The notes beneath the pieces are model-generated. The model saw only the letters and a program-made list of their open reading frames with translations. It made no database searches and had not been told where the DNA came from. From Candidatus Bathyarchaeota archaeon (lineage in GTDB: Archaea > Thermoproteota > Bathyarchaeia > 40CM-2-53-6): a stretch of DNA of 64,000 nt. The stretch covers positions 1,152,001 through 1,216,000 of the forward strand of contig CAVSBL010000002.1 in assembly GCA_963726255.1 (NCBI GenBank), given 5' to 3'. The position numbers were made by a program, and so were the translations under genes. Positions 1 through 9,262 of the stretch are shown in pieces; the stretch's first letter is position 1; every line of letters begins with the position of its first letter.

Positions 1-8
1 ACACTTTC

Positions 9-419
9 TTAGACGGGGAGTATGGAAGACCTCGCACCACACGCCTCGCAGCGGAGGAAGAGGTACCTCCCTTCCTTCTCGATTTTCGTATCAGGCCGGT
101 TGCATATGGGACATATCACATAACGTTGAGCGTAAATGTTCAGAAGCCGTGTTACGGTTCCAACATCGAACCTGCCTTGGAATATGGCCCTCGCGCCATC
201 GAGGGACGCGGCCGTTGCCAGCTCCCCAGACAGAAACTTGAGCAAATGGTGGGGGTCCCGATTGATCTTGCCACTAATCTCGCCGAAATTCTGGATTATT
301 GTCCTCCTACCCATCCTTATGCCGACAACTCTCGGTATCTCGAACCTTTCCCCACTCCCCACGACCTTAGGAAGGTTGGAATAGGCACGCTCAAGCAGTT
401 TCGTGTAATCTCCACTCAA
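9..419 (-). CDS. eif2b: Translation initiation factor aIF-2 beta subunit
   Basis: DYTKLLERAY...ERFEIP N-terminus and C-terminal Zn ribbon CPIC...CEACGA. Start moved to TTG at 419; the ORF track extends to 536. Confidence 0.93.
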   Translation of the reverse strand: MSGDYTKLLERAYSNLPKVVGSGERFEIPRVVGIRMGRRTIIQNFGEISGKINRDPHHLLKFLSGELATAASLDGARAIFQGRFDVGTVTRLLNIYAQRYVICPICNRPDTKIEKEGRYLFLRCEACGARSSILPV

Positions 420-620
420 AGTTGATTTCCACCAGAAGCATACGAAGCGCCATATTTCTTGATTCCCCTTTAGGAAAGAAATGTTAATCTGGTCACACGG
501 ACGGTAAGCGTAAGGAAGCTTTTGGAGGGGCCGCAACTAAAGATCATCACGAACAGGCGGAAAAAACACTTACTGATTTCTTGCTTGTTGGCGAACGGGC
601 CCGACTGGAGGCGGTCATGA

Positions 621-2258
621 ATGGGGAAATGGATAGTCAACTCTGCCTGGCCCTACGTAAATTCAGTCCCTCATTTGGGCACATTTATCCACATTCTCAG
701 CGCGGATGTCTTCGCTAGATACCTACGCCTCAAAGGCGAACAGGTCATTGCCGTAACGGGTTCGGACGAACATGGAACGCCCATTGAAGTTGAAGCCATA
801 AAGCGGGGTGTTTCGCCGAGGCAGCTGACTGACGAAATCCACAAGCAAATCTGCGACCTACTGGAGGCCTACAATATACGCCTCGACAATTACACGAGGA
901 CCGAAAGCCCGGTCCATATTCGATACACTCAAGAGCTCTACAAGAAAGTGTACGAGAACGGTTACGTGTATACTCAAGACGTCAACTTACCATATTGCGA
1001 GAAGGATCAAAGATTCCTCCCCGACCGCTTTGTCGAGGGAACATGCCCCCACTGCGGCTACGAACAAGCTAGGGGCGACCAATGCGATTCATGCGGCCGC
1101 GTACTCGACCCGCTCGAACTAATTCGGCCCAGATGCGTTTTCTGTGGTAAGGCTCCTACCGTTAAGACATCAAAACACTGGTTCTTCGACCTGCCGAAAT
1201 TTAGAGACAAACTCCTCACCCTTGTCCAAGAGAACAAACAACTGCCAGACAACGCTCGCAACTTCTCACTAAAATGGCTCGAGGAAGGCCTTAAGCCCCG
1301 AGCCCTGACGAGGGACAACAAATGGGGCATTGCAGCACCATTTCCAGGAGCCGAGGGAAAGACCATCTATGTCTGGTTGGAAGCGGTCTTAGGCTATGTT
1401 TCGGCATCGATAGAGTGGGCTGAAAAATCAGGCAGGCCCGATGCTTGGAAGGATTTCTGGTTCGACAAGCAGACCAGAAACGTGCATTTCATCGGGAAGG
1501 ACAACATTCCATTCCACGTGATCATTTTCCCAAGCCTCCTCCTAGCGACGCATGAGGATTATGTACTACCATGGCAGGTATCCTCAACCGAATTCATTCT
1601 ATTTGATGGACAAAAATTCTCTAAGAGCAAGAAGGTCGGAGTCTGGATTGATGAAGCATTGAAAGTTGCCCCGGCCGAATATTGGCGGTACGTCCTTATA
1701 GCAATCCGGCCTGAGGCTCGAGACGCAAACTTCACGTGGCGGGATTTCGAAAGTCACGTGAATAGCGAATTAAACGATGTGTTAGGAAACTTCGTCCACC
1801 GCACGCTCACATTCGTGAACAGCAATTTCGACTCAAAGATACCCGAACCGAAACAGCTGGACGAAAAGGATGAAGTCTTGAAGAATCGAATAGAGTCATC
1901 ACCCTCAAAGGTATCCCAACTCTTCGACCAATTTCAATTGAGAAGCGCCCTTGCGGAAATCATTGAACTCGCAAGGACCGGAAACCAATACCTAAGCGAA
2001 CGGGAACCGTGGCATCTCCTGAAGAAGGATCGGGCGAAAACGGCTACAACGCTCTACTTCGCCGCGCAGGTCGTCAGATCGATAGGCATCCTAATTTCCC
2101 CATTCCTGCCGGAAACGGCGCAACATATTCGCGAACAACTCAACCTGACCGAAGAGCAAGGATGGTGGGACGCGGGGAAACTTGCCCTCAAGCCTGGTCA
2201 CGCCATAGGCAAATCGACCCCACTGTTCCACAAGGTCTTCGTGCCGGCGCAGTCATGA
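621..2258 (+). CDS. metG: Methionine--tRNA ligase (no C-terminal tRNA-binding domain)
   Basis: AWPYVNSVPHLG (HIGH-like), GSDEHGTPI, Zn knuckles, YVWLEA, GKDNIPFH, KFSKS. Confidence 0.97.
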   Translation: MGKWIVNSAWPYVNSVPHLGTFIHILSADVFARYLRLKGEQVIAVTGSDEHGTPIEVEAIKRGVSPRQLTDEIHKQICDLLEAYNIRLDNYTRTESPVHIRYTQELYKKVYENGYVYTQDVNLPYCEKDQRFLPDRFVEGTCPHCGYEQARGDQCDSCGRVLDPLELIRPRCVFCGKAPTVKTSKHWFFDLPKFRDKLLTLVQENKQLPDNARNFSLKWLEEGLKPRALTRDNKWGIAAPFPGAEGKTIYVWLEAVLGYVSASIEWAEKSGRPDAWKDFWFDKQTRNVHFIGKDNIPFHVIIFPSLLLATHEDYVLPWQVSSTEFILFDGQKFSKSKKVGVWIDEALKVAPAEYWRYVLIAIRPEARDANFTWRDFESHVNSELNDVLGNFVHRTLTFVNSNFDSKIPEPKQLDEKDEVLKNRIESSPSKVSQLFDQFQLRSALAEIIELARTGNQYLSEREPWHLLKKDRAKTATTLYFAAQVVRSIGILISPFLPETAQHIREQLNLTEEQGWWDAGKLALKPGHAIGKSTPLFHKVFVPAQS

Positions 2259-2270
2259 CGGTGGTCGAGG

Positions 2271-2900
2271 ATGCCATCACTTAAACTCGATTTGCACGTC
2301 CACACAATCGGCTCGTACGACGGCCACACTAGGCGTGAGGACCTCCCCAAAATCATCAGGAGCCGAGGGCTCGACGGTGTGGCTGTGGCGGAACATGATA
2401 GATTCGACCCGCCCAAACTGCCGGACGCACTAATCCTTCCTGCTGTGGAAATTTCTTCCAAGGATGGGCACGTATTGGCGTTGGGCATTCGAGAGATGAT
2501 TCCGCCAAGGCTTCCAGCGGACGAAACCATTCAGAAGATCCACGATCAAGATGGAGTTGCAATAATTCCTCACCCCTACGACCCCGTCTCCGAGTGTGTC
2601 AAGATTGCAAGACTAACAGTGAGGCCAGACGCGGTCGAGACAGTTAATGCTGACGCCTTGTCGTTCTACGTGTCAAATTGGTTGGCACGCAGAGATGCGC
2701 GAAGGTTCAAGCTTCCACAGGTCGGAGGGAGTGACTCCCATATCCCACAGACAATTGGCGACGCCTACAGCGTCATTGATGCCGATTCCAGCGATGTGAA
2801 GGACATCCTTGCAGCCATTAAAGCAGGGAAGGTCCGGGCAGAAGGACACGCCACGTCCATCATGAATAAAGTCCGGAAACTAAGTTACAAGTTCAAGTGA
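2271..2900 (+). CDS. PHP-domain metal-dependent phosphoesterase
   Basis: DLHVHT..SYDG, AEHD, PHP and GGSDSH motifs. Confidence 0.9.
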   Translation: MPSLKLDLHVHTIGSYDGHTRREDLPKIIRSRGLDGVAVAEHDRFDPPKLPDALILPAVEISSKDGHVLALGIREMIPPRLPADETIQKIHDQDGVAIIPHPYDPVSECVKIARLTVRPDAVETVNADALSFYVSNWLARRDARRFKLPQVGGSDSHIPQTIGDAYSVIDADSSDVKDILAAIKAGKVRAEGHATSIMNKVRKLSYKFK

Positions 2901-3021
2901 GCGTTTCAACCTGATCGATACCCAACCTTAGGCTGAGACGTTCGCCTTCCGCTGATTGCGGTTCCATTTGGAATAAATCAAATTCGTCAAGGATATTCCG
3001 AATGGAAATCTCTGTAGCCAA
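2893..3021 (-). CDS. Putative 42-aa small protein (MATEISIRNILDEFDLFQMEPQ...)
   Basis: TTG start 4 nt after AGGTGA SD; open to TGA at 2893; below the ORF-track cutoff. Confidence 0.35.
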   Translation of the reverse strand: MATEISIRNILDEFDLFQMEPQSAEGERLSLRLGIDQVETLT

Positions 3022-3256
3022 TAGCTCACCTTTACTGACGGACTGAGGGATTTGTGATGGAGATACGTTGGACTATTTTTGGGAACGGGTCTCAGTCCGG
3101 TGCGATTTGAGCATCCTAGCGGTGGCGAAAGGCTCTAACGGACGAGTTCGCTTGCGATATTTCTCCAAGAATCAGGAAAGATTGCTCGTTCCTGCGCTAG
3201 GGTTTGGCATAGCGGTGCCTAGTTTAGGCTTGATGATGGATAGGCTCAACGGAGAG

Positions 3257-3541
3257 TTACCCTCCGCCGACGGGGGGTATAATTGCAAATGTGCATCCGT
3301 CCGTCAATTCAGTTAAGAATCCGCCCGATTCAGAAATCGACTTCTCATTCAGAATGAATTGAAGGTATGAGCGGGGGTTCCCAGTCTCATCGAACAGGTA
3401 TTCCTTCAGTTTGTCGCCATGTTTTGTCACGATGAGGTCGAGAAGCTTCCGTACATTTGTGCCACGGGGAATGTCCACGTTCTCCTCTCGCATGTTGACC
3501 ACTTCCCGAACCGATGCGAAATAGTAGATTTTGACTTTCAA
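3257..3541 (-). CDS. MoaD/ThiS/SAMP ubiquitin-like sulfur carrier
   Basis: VKIYYFASVRE start and C-terminal IIPPVGGG di-glycine. Confidence 0.9.
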   Translation of the reverse strand: MKVKIYYFASVREVVNMREENVDIPRGTNVRKLLDLIVTKHGDKLKEYLFDETGNPRSYLQFILNEKSISESGGFLTELTDGCTFAIIPPVGGG

Positions 3542-3575
3542 GGAGTTCCCACGAGAACGATTCTTCGTTTGAGGG

Positions 3576-5084
3576 CTACTTGTGACCTGAACTGCTCATT
3601 CTCCATGTTAACTGCATTGACTTTGGCCTGTTGGCCTTCGCTTCGTCAATTCTCGTTACACTCGTTGCATGAGGGCTGGTTGCGGGTTCGCTGGATTTCG
3701 AGTAGGCCTCATCGCTAATCCGTGCGAAGCCGTCTATCATAGCGTCAAGTTCCTCTTTAGCCACCGTTTCGGTAGGCTCCGTCATCATTGCCTCTTCTAC
3801 AATCATGGGGAAATAGACGGTTGGTGGGTGCACTCCGAAGTCTAGTAACCTCTTTCCTACCTGCAGTGCCGTAACGCCTGTTTCCTTTGCAAGGCCCGAA
3901 GCGGACAAAACGAATTCATGCTTTCTCGGGACGCCTTCCCCGTAAGGAAGCGAAAAGCCCTTGATTCTTCGAAGTTTGTGGGCCATGTAATTGGCGTTGA
4001 GAACCGCAACCTCAGAAGCTGTTTCTAGGCCTTCTTTCCCATGGAGCAGAACGTAGACGTAAGCACGAAGAACCACGGCGGCGCTTCCGTAAAACGCCCT
4101 GACCCGTCCGATACTCTTCGGCCTATTGTAGTCCAAATAGTATCTCGTCCCATCAAATTCCACGGTTGGAACGGGCAGGTAGTCCACGAGGCGGCTTGTG
4201 ACACCTACAGGTCCGGCGCCTGGTCCTCCTCCTCCGTGCGGGGTTGCGAAGGTTTTGTGCAGGTTGATGTGAACGACATCGAAGCCCATGTCGCCCGGTT
4301 TAGCTTTACCCATGATTGCGTTTAGGTTGGCACCATCGTAATAGAGCAACCCGCCAGAATCATGGACTATGCCAGCGATTTCGAGGATATCACGTTCGAA
4401 GATACCGAGCGTGTTGGGGTTTGTGATCATTAGCCCAGCCGTTTTCGGCCCGACCGCGCTCTTCAGCGCCTCCGTGTCTACGCACCCCTGTGAATTTGAC
4501 GGAACCTCGACGACTTTGTACCCGGCCATCGCTGCGCTCGCTGGGTTCGTCCCATGGGCTGAGTCTGGAACGATAATCTCATCACGTTTCATGTCAGACC
4601 TGTCTCGATGGTAAGCCCGCATTAGCATTACACCCGTGTATTCACCGTGCGCCCCGGCGGCTGGTTGCAATGTTACCTTCTGCATGCCCACGATGTTCGA
4701 GAGGAAATTCGTCGCCTCGTATAGGATCTGAAGAATCCCCTGAACGGTCCTCGATTCTTGGTAGGGGTGCATTTCTTGTATTTTATGTGAAGCAGCTATG
4801 AGGTCGCAGAGTTTCGGGTTGTATTTCATTGTGCAACTTCCCAGCGGGTAGATGCCGAGGTCGACCCCGAAGTTCTCTTGCGAGAGGCGGGTAAAGTGGC
4901 GAATTACTTCAATCTCCGTAACTTCCGGCAACGCTGGAGGAGCGGCGCGTCGAAGTCTAGATGGGATGCTCCTCAAGGCAGCATCGCCTTCGTTAGTGGA
5001 GGAAAGTTGATGGAAACCTATTTTCCCCGGCTGCGATAATTCGATGATAAGCGGTTCGTCCCATTTCGCTTGAGCATACACCAA
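3576..5084 (-). CDS. gcvPB: Glycine dehydrogenase (decarboxylating) subunit 2
   Basis: YPLGSCTMKYNP, SAHGTNPASA, HINLHKTFATPHGGGGPG. Confidence 0.97.
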   Translation of the reverse strand: MVYAQAKWDEPLIIELSQPGKIGFHQLSSTNEGDAALRSIPSRLRRAAPPALPEVTEIEVIRHFTRLSQENFGVDLGIYPLGSCTMKYNPKLCDLIAASHKIQEMHPYQESRTVQGILQILYEATNFLSNIVGMQKVTLQPAAGAHGEYTGVMLMRAYHRDRSDMKRDEIIVPDSAHGTNPASAAMAGYKVVEVPSNSQGCVDTEALKSAVGPKTAGLMITNPNTLGIFERDILEIAGIVHDSGGLLYYDGANLNAIMGKAKPGDMGFDVVHINLHKTFATPHGGGGPGAGPVGVTSRLVDYLPVPTVEFDGTRYYLDYNRPKSIGRVRAFYGSAAVVLRAYVYVLLHGKEGLETASEVAVLNANYMAHKLRRIKGFSLPYGEGVPRKHEFVLSASGLAKETGVTALQVGKRLLDFGVHPPTVYFPMIVEEAMMTEPTETVAKEELDAMIDGFARISDEAYSKSSEPATSPHATSVTRIDEAKANRPKSMQLTWRMSSSGHK

Positions 5085-5089
5085 CTATT

Positions 5090-6478
5090 TCAAGCCCCCA
5101 AGATTTGTTGAAGCTTGTCGACGAGCAGGTCAATGTCGTGGCGTCTGTGAACTTCGGTAAAGCAGTAAAGCGCTGTTTGGCCGAGTTCTGGGAAATACCT
5201 GCTTAAGTCTAGGCCCCCTTGTATCCCTGCGTTCAACATTAACTGGTTTATTTCGGCCACACTTTTCCCGGACTTATCGAAGTTCACTGTGAACTCCATG
5301 AAGTGAAACGCGTCAAAACATGGAGCTGAAACCCCGCGAACCTTTCGCAATTGGCTCATGGCGTAACCGGTCCGATCCAATATTGTCGCACAAAGTTCCT
5401 CGATCCCTTTCGGCCCTAGCAAGGCTAAGTAACTCGCGGCGGCTAGCGCCAAGAGAGCTTCATTTGTGCAAATGTTTGAGGTTGCCTTCTCCCGCCGAAT
5501 GTGTTGCTCTCTCGTTTGTAACGCCATACAATAGGCGTCCTGTCTGCCATCTTGAGTCGTTGTCTTTCCGATTATTCGACCCGGCATCTGTCGGAGAAGC
5601 TCATCGCCTTTGCAGGCAAAGATGCCCAGTAGCGGGCCTCCATAGTTCATATGGTTGCCCAGCGGCTGTCCTTCCCCAACAACTATGTCCGCCCCTATTT
5701 CGCCGGGGGCTTTCAGAACGCCTAACGAGATTGGTTCGCTTCCAACAACAAAGAGAGCCCCGCCATTGTGGGTGAGTTGGGCTATTTCTTCACACGACTG
5801 CTCCACGAACCCCAGAAACGAAGGATATTCTACGTAAATTGCTGCTGTCCGCGCCGTCAATTTCCTCTTTAGGTCAGTAAGATCCAGGGCTCCCGTCCGC
5901 CTATCTTGTGCGACCTCAACGACTTTGATATCTGCGGGCTCGCAAAACGTTCGCAACGTTGAGAGGCGTTCGGGGTGAATGAAATGCGGTACAATGAACT
6001 CGTCACGGTGAGTAACGCGTGAAGCCATTCTGGCCGCTTCTCCTAGTGAGGTTGACCAGTCGTACAACGAACTGTTTGCGTAGTCCATTGAGGTTAGCTC
6101 GCAGATCATGCTCTGATATTCGAACATGGCCTGAAGCATCCCTTGCGAGATTTCAGGCTGGTAAGGTGTATAGGAGGTTAGGAATTCTCCGCGGCTGGTA
6201 ATTGCGTCGACCGCTGCCGGAACATGGTGGGGCCAGACACCCGCTCCAAGAAAAGACAAGAGATCACGCGTTGAGAGGTTCTTGTTGAGAAGCGCTTCGA
6301 CATGGCGCCTTACCTCCATCTCCGAAAGCTTCGACGGTATCGCGAGGAAAGCTTTCGCTCGTATGGGTGAAGGAATGTCCTTGAAGAGATCCTCGATTAC
6401 CCCCACGCCAATATCGCTAAGCATCTGGCGCTTGATCGATTCGTCGCTATTGGGAATGTACGGATGAGCCCTCGACAA
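5090..6478 (-). CDS. gcvPA: Glycine dehydrogenase (decarboxylating) subunit 1
   Basis: FLTSYTPYQPEISQG, QTREQHIRREKATSNICTN; adjacent to gcvPB. Confidence 0.97.
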   Translation of the reverse strand: MSRAHPYIPNSDESIKRQMLSDIGVGVIEDLFKDIPSPIRAKAFLAIPSKLSEMEVRRHVEALLNKNLSTRDLLSFLGAGVWPHHVPAAVDAITSRGEFLTSYTPYQPEISQGMLQAMFEYQSMICELTSMDYANSSLYDWSTSLGEAARMASRVTHRDEFIVPHFIHPERLSTLRTFCEPADIKVVEVAQDRRTGALDLTDLKRKLTARTAAIYVEYPSFLGFVEQSCEEIAQLTHNGGALFVVGSEPISLGVLKAPGEIGADIVVGEGQPLGNHMNYGGPLLGIFACKGDELLRQMPGRIIGKTTTQDGRQDAYCMALQTREQHIRREKATSNICTNEALLALAAASYLALLGPKGIEELCATILDRTGYAMSQLRKVRGVSAPCFDAFHFMEFTVNFDKSGKSVAEINQLMLNAGIQGGLDLSRYFPELGQTALYCFTEVHRRHDIDLLVDKLQQILGA

Positions 6479-6531
6479 GTTCCGCTTCCTCGCGGCGACC
6501 CTTACCCTCAGTTCATATTATTCGATTATGG

Positions 6532-7380
6532 TTGCTTGAAGAGTCGGAGAATAGCCCTCAAACAAATGCAGTTAAGTCCTTGAACATCATTGAAGGAACG
6601 GTTAGGATTCCTTTGAATTCACGCAAGATTGATCGAACAGCAGTTGTTGAGAACAAACGCTTGCTTGGCCCTGGAACGCATGTTGGCGCGGGCGCTAGGC
6701 TGCTTGGCCGGGTACGAACCGGTAAGGGAACATTCATCGATTCGAATGCGGTCCTGTACGGGCCTCTAACGATCGGGAAAGGTACCTATGTCGGCCCGAA
6801 CTGCATTATTGGGTTCCCAGCCGCTAATGAGCTTAAGGAAATGGCACGTTCGCACAGAATAAAGGAGAAGAAAGCAACCACCGTCGGCGAGAACTGTATC
6901 CTGAGGCCTGGAACAACACTCTACTCGAACGTGAAGGCTGAAGACGATGTCGCATTCGGACACAACGTGCTAGTCCGAGAGAATGTGACGATTGGCAGCG
7001 GAACCAAAATTGGAACCAACGTAGTGATTGATGGAAGCACGAAGATAGGGGCGAAGGTCTCGATTCAAACTGGGGTATACATTTGCACCTATTCGACTGT
7101 AGAGGACGGAGTGTTCCTCGGGCCCTGCTGCGTCTTCACAAACGACAAGTACGTCACCCAGAAACCATTCAAACTAGTTGGGCCAACTGTGAAGAGGGGC
7201 GCTAGCATCGGAGCGAACGCACTAATCTTCCCAGGCGTCATTGTGGGGGAGGGGTCTGTCGTCGGTTCACAAGCAATGGTGAACTCCAATGTGCCCCCGC
7301 GAACAGTTTTCGCAGGAATTCCAGCGAAGAAAATGAGGGATACTCCCGACGAATGGCATTCGTCACTCTTGAAAAATTGA
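6532..7380 (+). CDS. Hexapeptide-repeat (left-handed beta-helix) acetyltransferase, sugar N-acetyltransferase-like
   Basis: Repeated [IV]G hexapeptides, FTNDKY, GASIGANA, GIPAK; exact start uncertain. Confidence 0.85.
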   Translation: MLEESENSPQTNAVKSLNIIEGTVRIPLNSRKIDRTAVVENKRLLGPGTHVGAGARLLGRVRTGKGTFIDSNAVLYGPLTIGKGTYVGPNCIIGFPAANELKEMARSHRIKEKKATTVGENCILRPGTTLYSNVKAEDDVAFGHNVLVRENVTIGSGTKIGTNVVIDGSTKIGAKVSIQTGVYICTYSTVEDGVFLGPCCVFTNDKYVTQKPFKLVGPTVKRGASIGANALIFPGVIVGEGSVVGSQAMVNSNVPPRTVFAGIPAKKMRDTPDEWHSSLLKN

Positions 7381-7442
7381 ATCAATCCATAGACAACAGA
7401 ATGAATAAATATTGAACTCCGCATTGACGGGACAATCCTTTC

Positions 7443-9194
7443 GTGGAACCCGATGAAAGCGGAGCCAAACTGAAGTTGAAAATGAAGCTAGCAGTAGTTG
7501 CCCTAGTCTTGGTCTTGGCTCTAGGGATGGTTGCTCCGCTCCATGCAGACTCACAGCCGCACCTGACGATAGATGTCGTGAGGATCGTCGACCTAGGGCA
7601 GTGGGGAGTCTTACATCTTTTGGACAGTTACAGAGTCCATTATGACAGCGGTTCAACCCCAGTATCCTCATTGGATTTCGGCTTTTCACGCCAGTATCGA
7701 AACAACGTGTACTATGCGCTCTCAAGGGACAGCGCGGGAAGAACCCTGACCGTAGACGGCGACGTCAACCCAAGCCCAGACGTCTATTGGATGCGGGTTC
7801 ATTTCGCTGAAGACTTGACCTTGAACAAAACTTACGAATTCAGAGTGGCATTGCTGATGAGCGGTTTGATAACAGAGGTCGTTGGCGGGTTTCAGTATAA
7901 TTTTACAGCGGCGCCCATTCTTACGCAGGACGCTAGAGTAGCAAATGTGACGTTTGTAGCGGTGCAAGCCTCAAACTTCGTGCTTCCCCAGAACTCACCC
8001 TACCAAATCGTAACTCTGAACGGTCTACCCGCCCTTTTCCGGCAGTACCAACCTTGGAAGGCATACTCAACCGACACGTTCTATGCTCCGTACAGCACGG
8101 TCAACCAATATCTTGTAGACATAACTTCGGCTGAGCGCGACATCACGGTCGGCAGTACCGGCGTACTCAAGGTGCAGGACACTTACAACCTACACAACAT
8201 CGGCATACCAATCACATCCATGCCCATCACCCTTCCCAAAGGCGCCTCAAACGTTATGGCGTATGACGTGGTGGGCGCGATGTGGACAACCACACAGAAT
8301 CCTACCGCACCCTACCAAGTCACGGTATCCCCAAGGTATGCTTCCGGCGTGAGATCTAAGGAGAACTTCACATTCACATTGACCTACGACCTCCCCACGT
8401 CGCAGTACCTCAAACAACTGAACTGGTGGGGAACATACAACCTAACCATCGGCCTTTTGAACAATGGAGACGACCTTCTATTCGATAATGCAACTGTCAG
8501 AATCATAACGCCCAGCGGAGTTACCGTCAGCGATATCAAGACCCTACCGCAGTCACCCATATCGAGCCCCATTGAATATAACCCAGACAGTCGCGAGTTT
8601 GCGCTTCAGGGCATCTCGACGATGAACAACTTGACTGTTGGACTAACCTTGAATGGTTCGCCGTTCTCGTCAGCGTTTGGTGGTCTGCCGTGGCTTGTCG
8701 GCCTGGAGCTTGCGATTGCAGCATTTGCATTGGCGGTCATGGTTAGGCGAGGCCCAGAACTCGCAGTCCCAGTTCCCGTTGAGAAGCTTAGGGAGTTCGT
8801 TGGCCTGTATGACGAGAGACTTGCATTATCAAGGGAACTCGTTGTAATGGAAGAGGAAGTGGCTAGGGGCGGTTTGGTGAAGCATGAGTTCAGGCGACGA
8901 ACGAAGGTTATGGAACTCCGGCTGGACGAAATCAATAAGTCCCTGATGGAGATCAAAGCCGAACTTCGTGCAGTCAGCCCACGGTACGATGAACTGATTC
9001 GAAGAATCGACAGGGCAGAAGCGGAAATCCACGTGTCACGAACCAGCCTGAATCAGGTGAGATCCCAGTACAGGGCAGGCAGATCGACTCGTGAAACGTA
9101 CGATGCCATGGTCAATGATATCACGAAACGCATCGACCGAGCAGAAGAAACAGTTGAAACCATTTTGATCACTCTGCGAGAAGACGCAAGATAA
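7443..9194 (+). CDS. Single-pass membrane protein, ribophorin I/Ost1-like
   Basis: Signal peptide MKLAVVALVLVLALG, beta-rich ectodomain with DVVRIVDL, LPKGASNVMAYD, YDLPTSQYL and VRIITPSG, one TM helix, helical C-terminal tail. Confidence 0.7.
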   Translation: MEPDESGAKLKLKMKLAVVALVLVLALGMVAPLHADSQPHLTIDVVRIVDLGQWGVLHLLDSYRVHYDSGSTPVSSLDFGFSRQYRNNVYYALSRDSAGRTLTVDGDVNPSPDVYWMRVHFAEDLTLNKTYEFRVALLMSGLITEVVGGFQYNFTAAPILTQDARVANVTFVAVQASNFVLPQNSPYQIVTLNGLPALFRQYQPWKAYSTDTFYAPYSTVNQYLVDITSAERDITVGSTGVLKVQDTYNLHNIGIPITSMPITLPKGASNVMAYDVVGAMWTTTQNPTAPYQVTVSPRYASGVRSKENFTFTLTYDLPTSQYLKQLNWWGTYNLTIGLLNNGDDLLFDNATVRIITPSGVTVSDIKTLPQSPISSPIEYNPDSREFALQGISTMNNLTVGLTLNGSPFSSAFGGLPWLVGLELAIAAFALAVMVRRGPELAVPVPVEKLREFVGLYDERLALSRELVVMEEEVARGGLVKHEFRRRTKVMELRLDEINKSLMEIKAELRAVSPRYDELIRRIDRAEAEIHVSRTSLNQVRSQYRAGRSTRETYDAMVNDITKRIDRAEETVETILITLREDAR

Positions 9195-9262
9195 GCCACG
9201 GAACATATTATAATCCGGCCATAACCTCTAAGCCGCGTCATCCGAAGGCTAGCAAATCCCTA

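Noticed and set aside
2901-3010. GTTTCAAC / GTTCCA..GGAA / ATGGAAAT words reminiscent of CRISPR repeats
   Set aside because: No regularly spaced identical repeats and no cas genes
3068-3316. 82-aa + strand ORF
   Set aside because: Overlaps the moaD-like gene, has no motifs and unnatural composition
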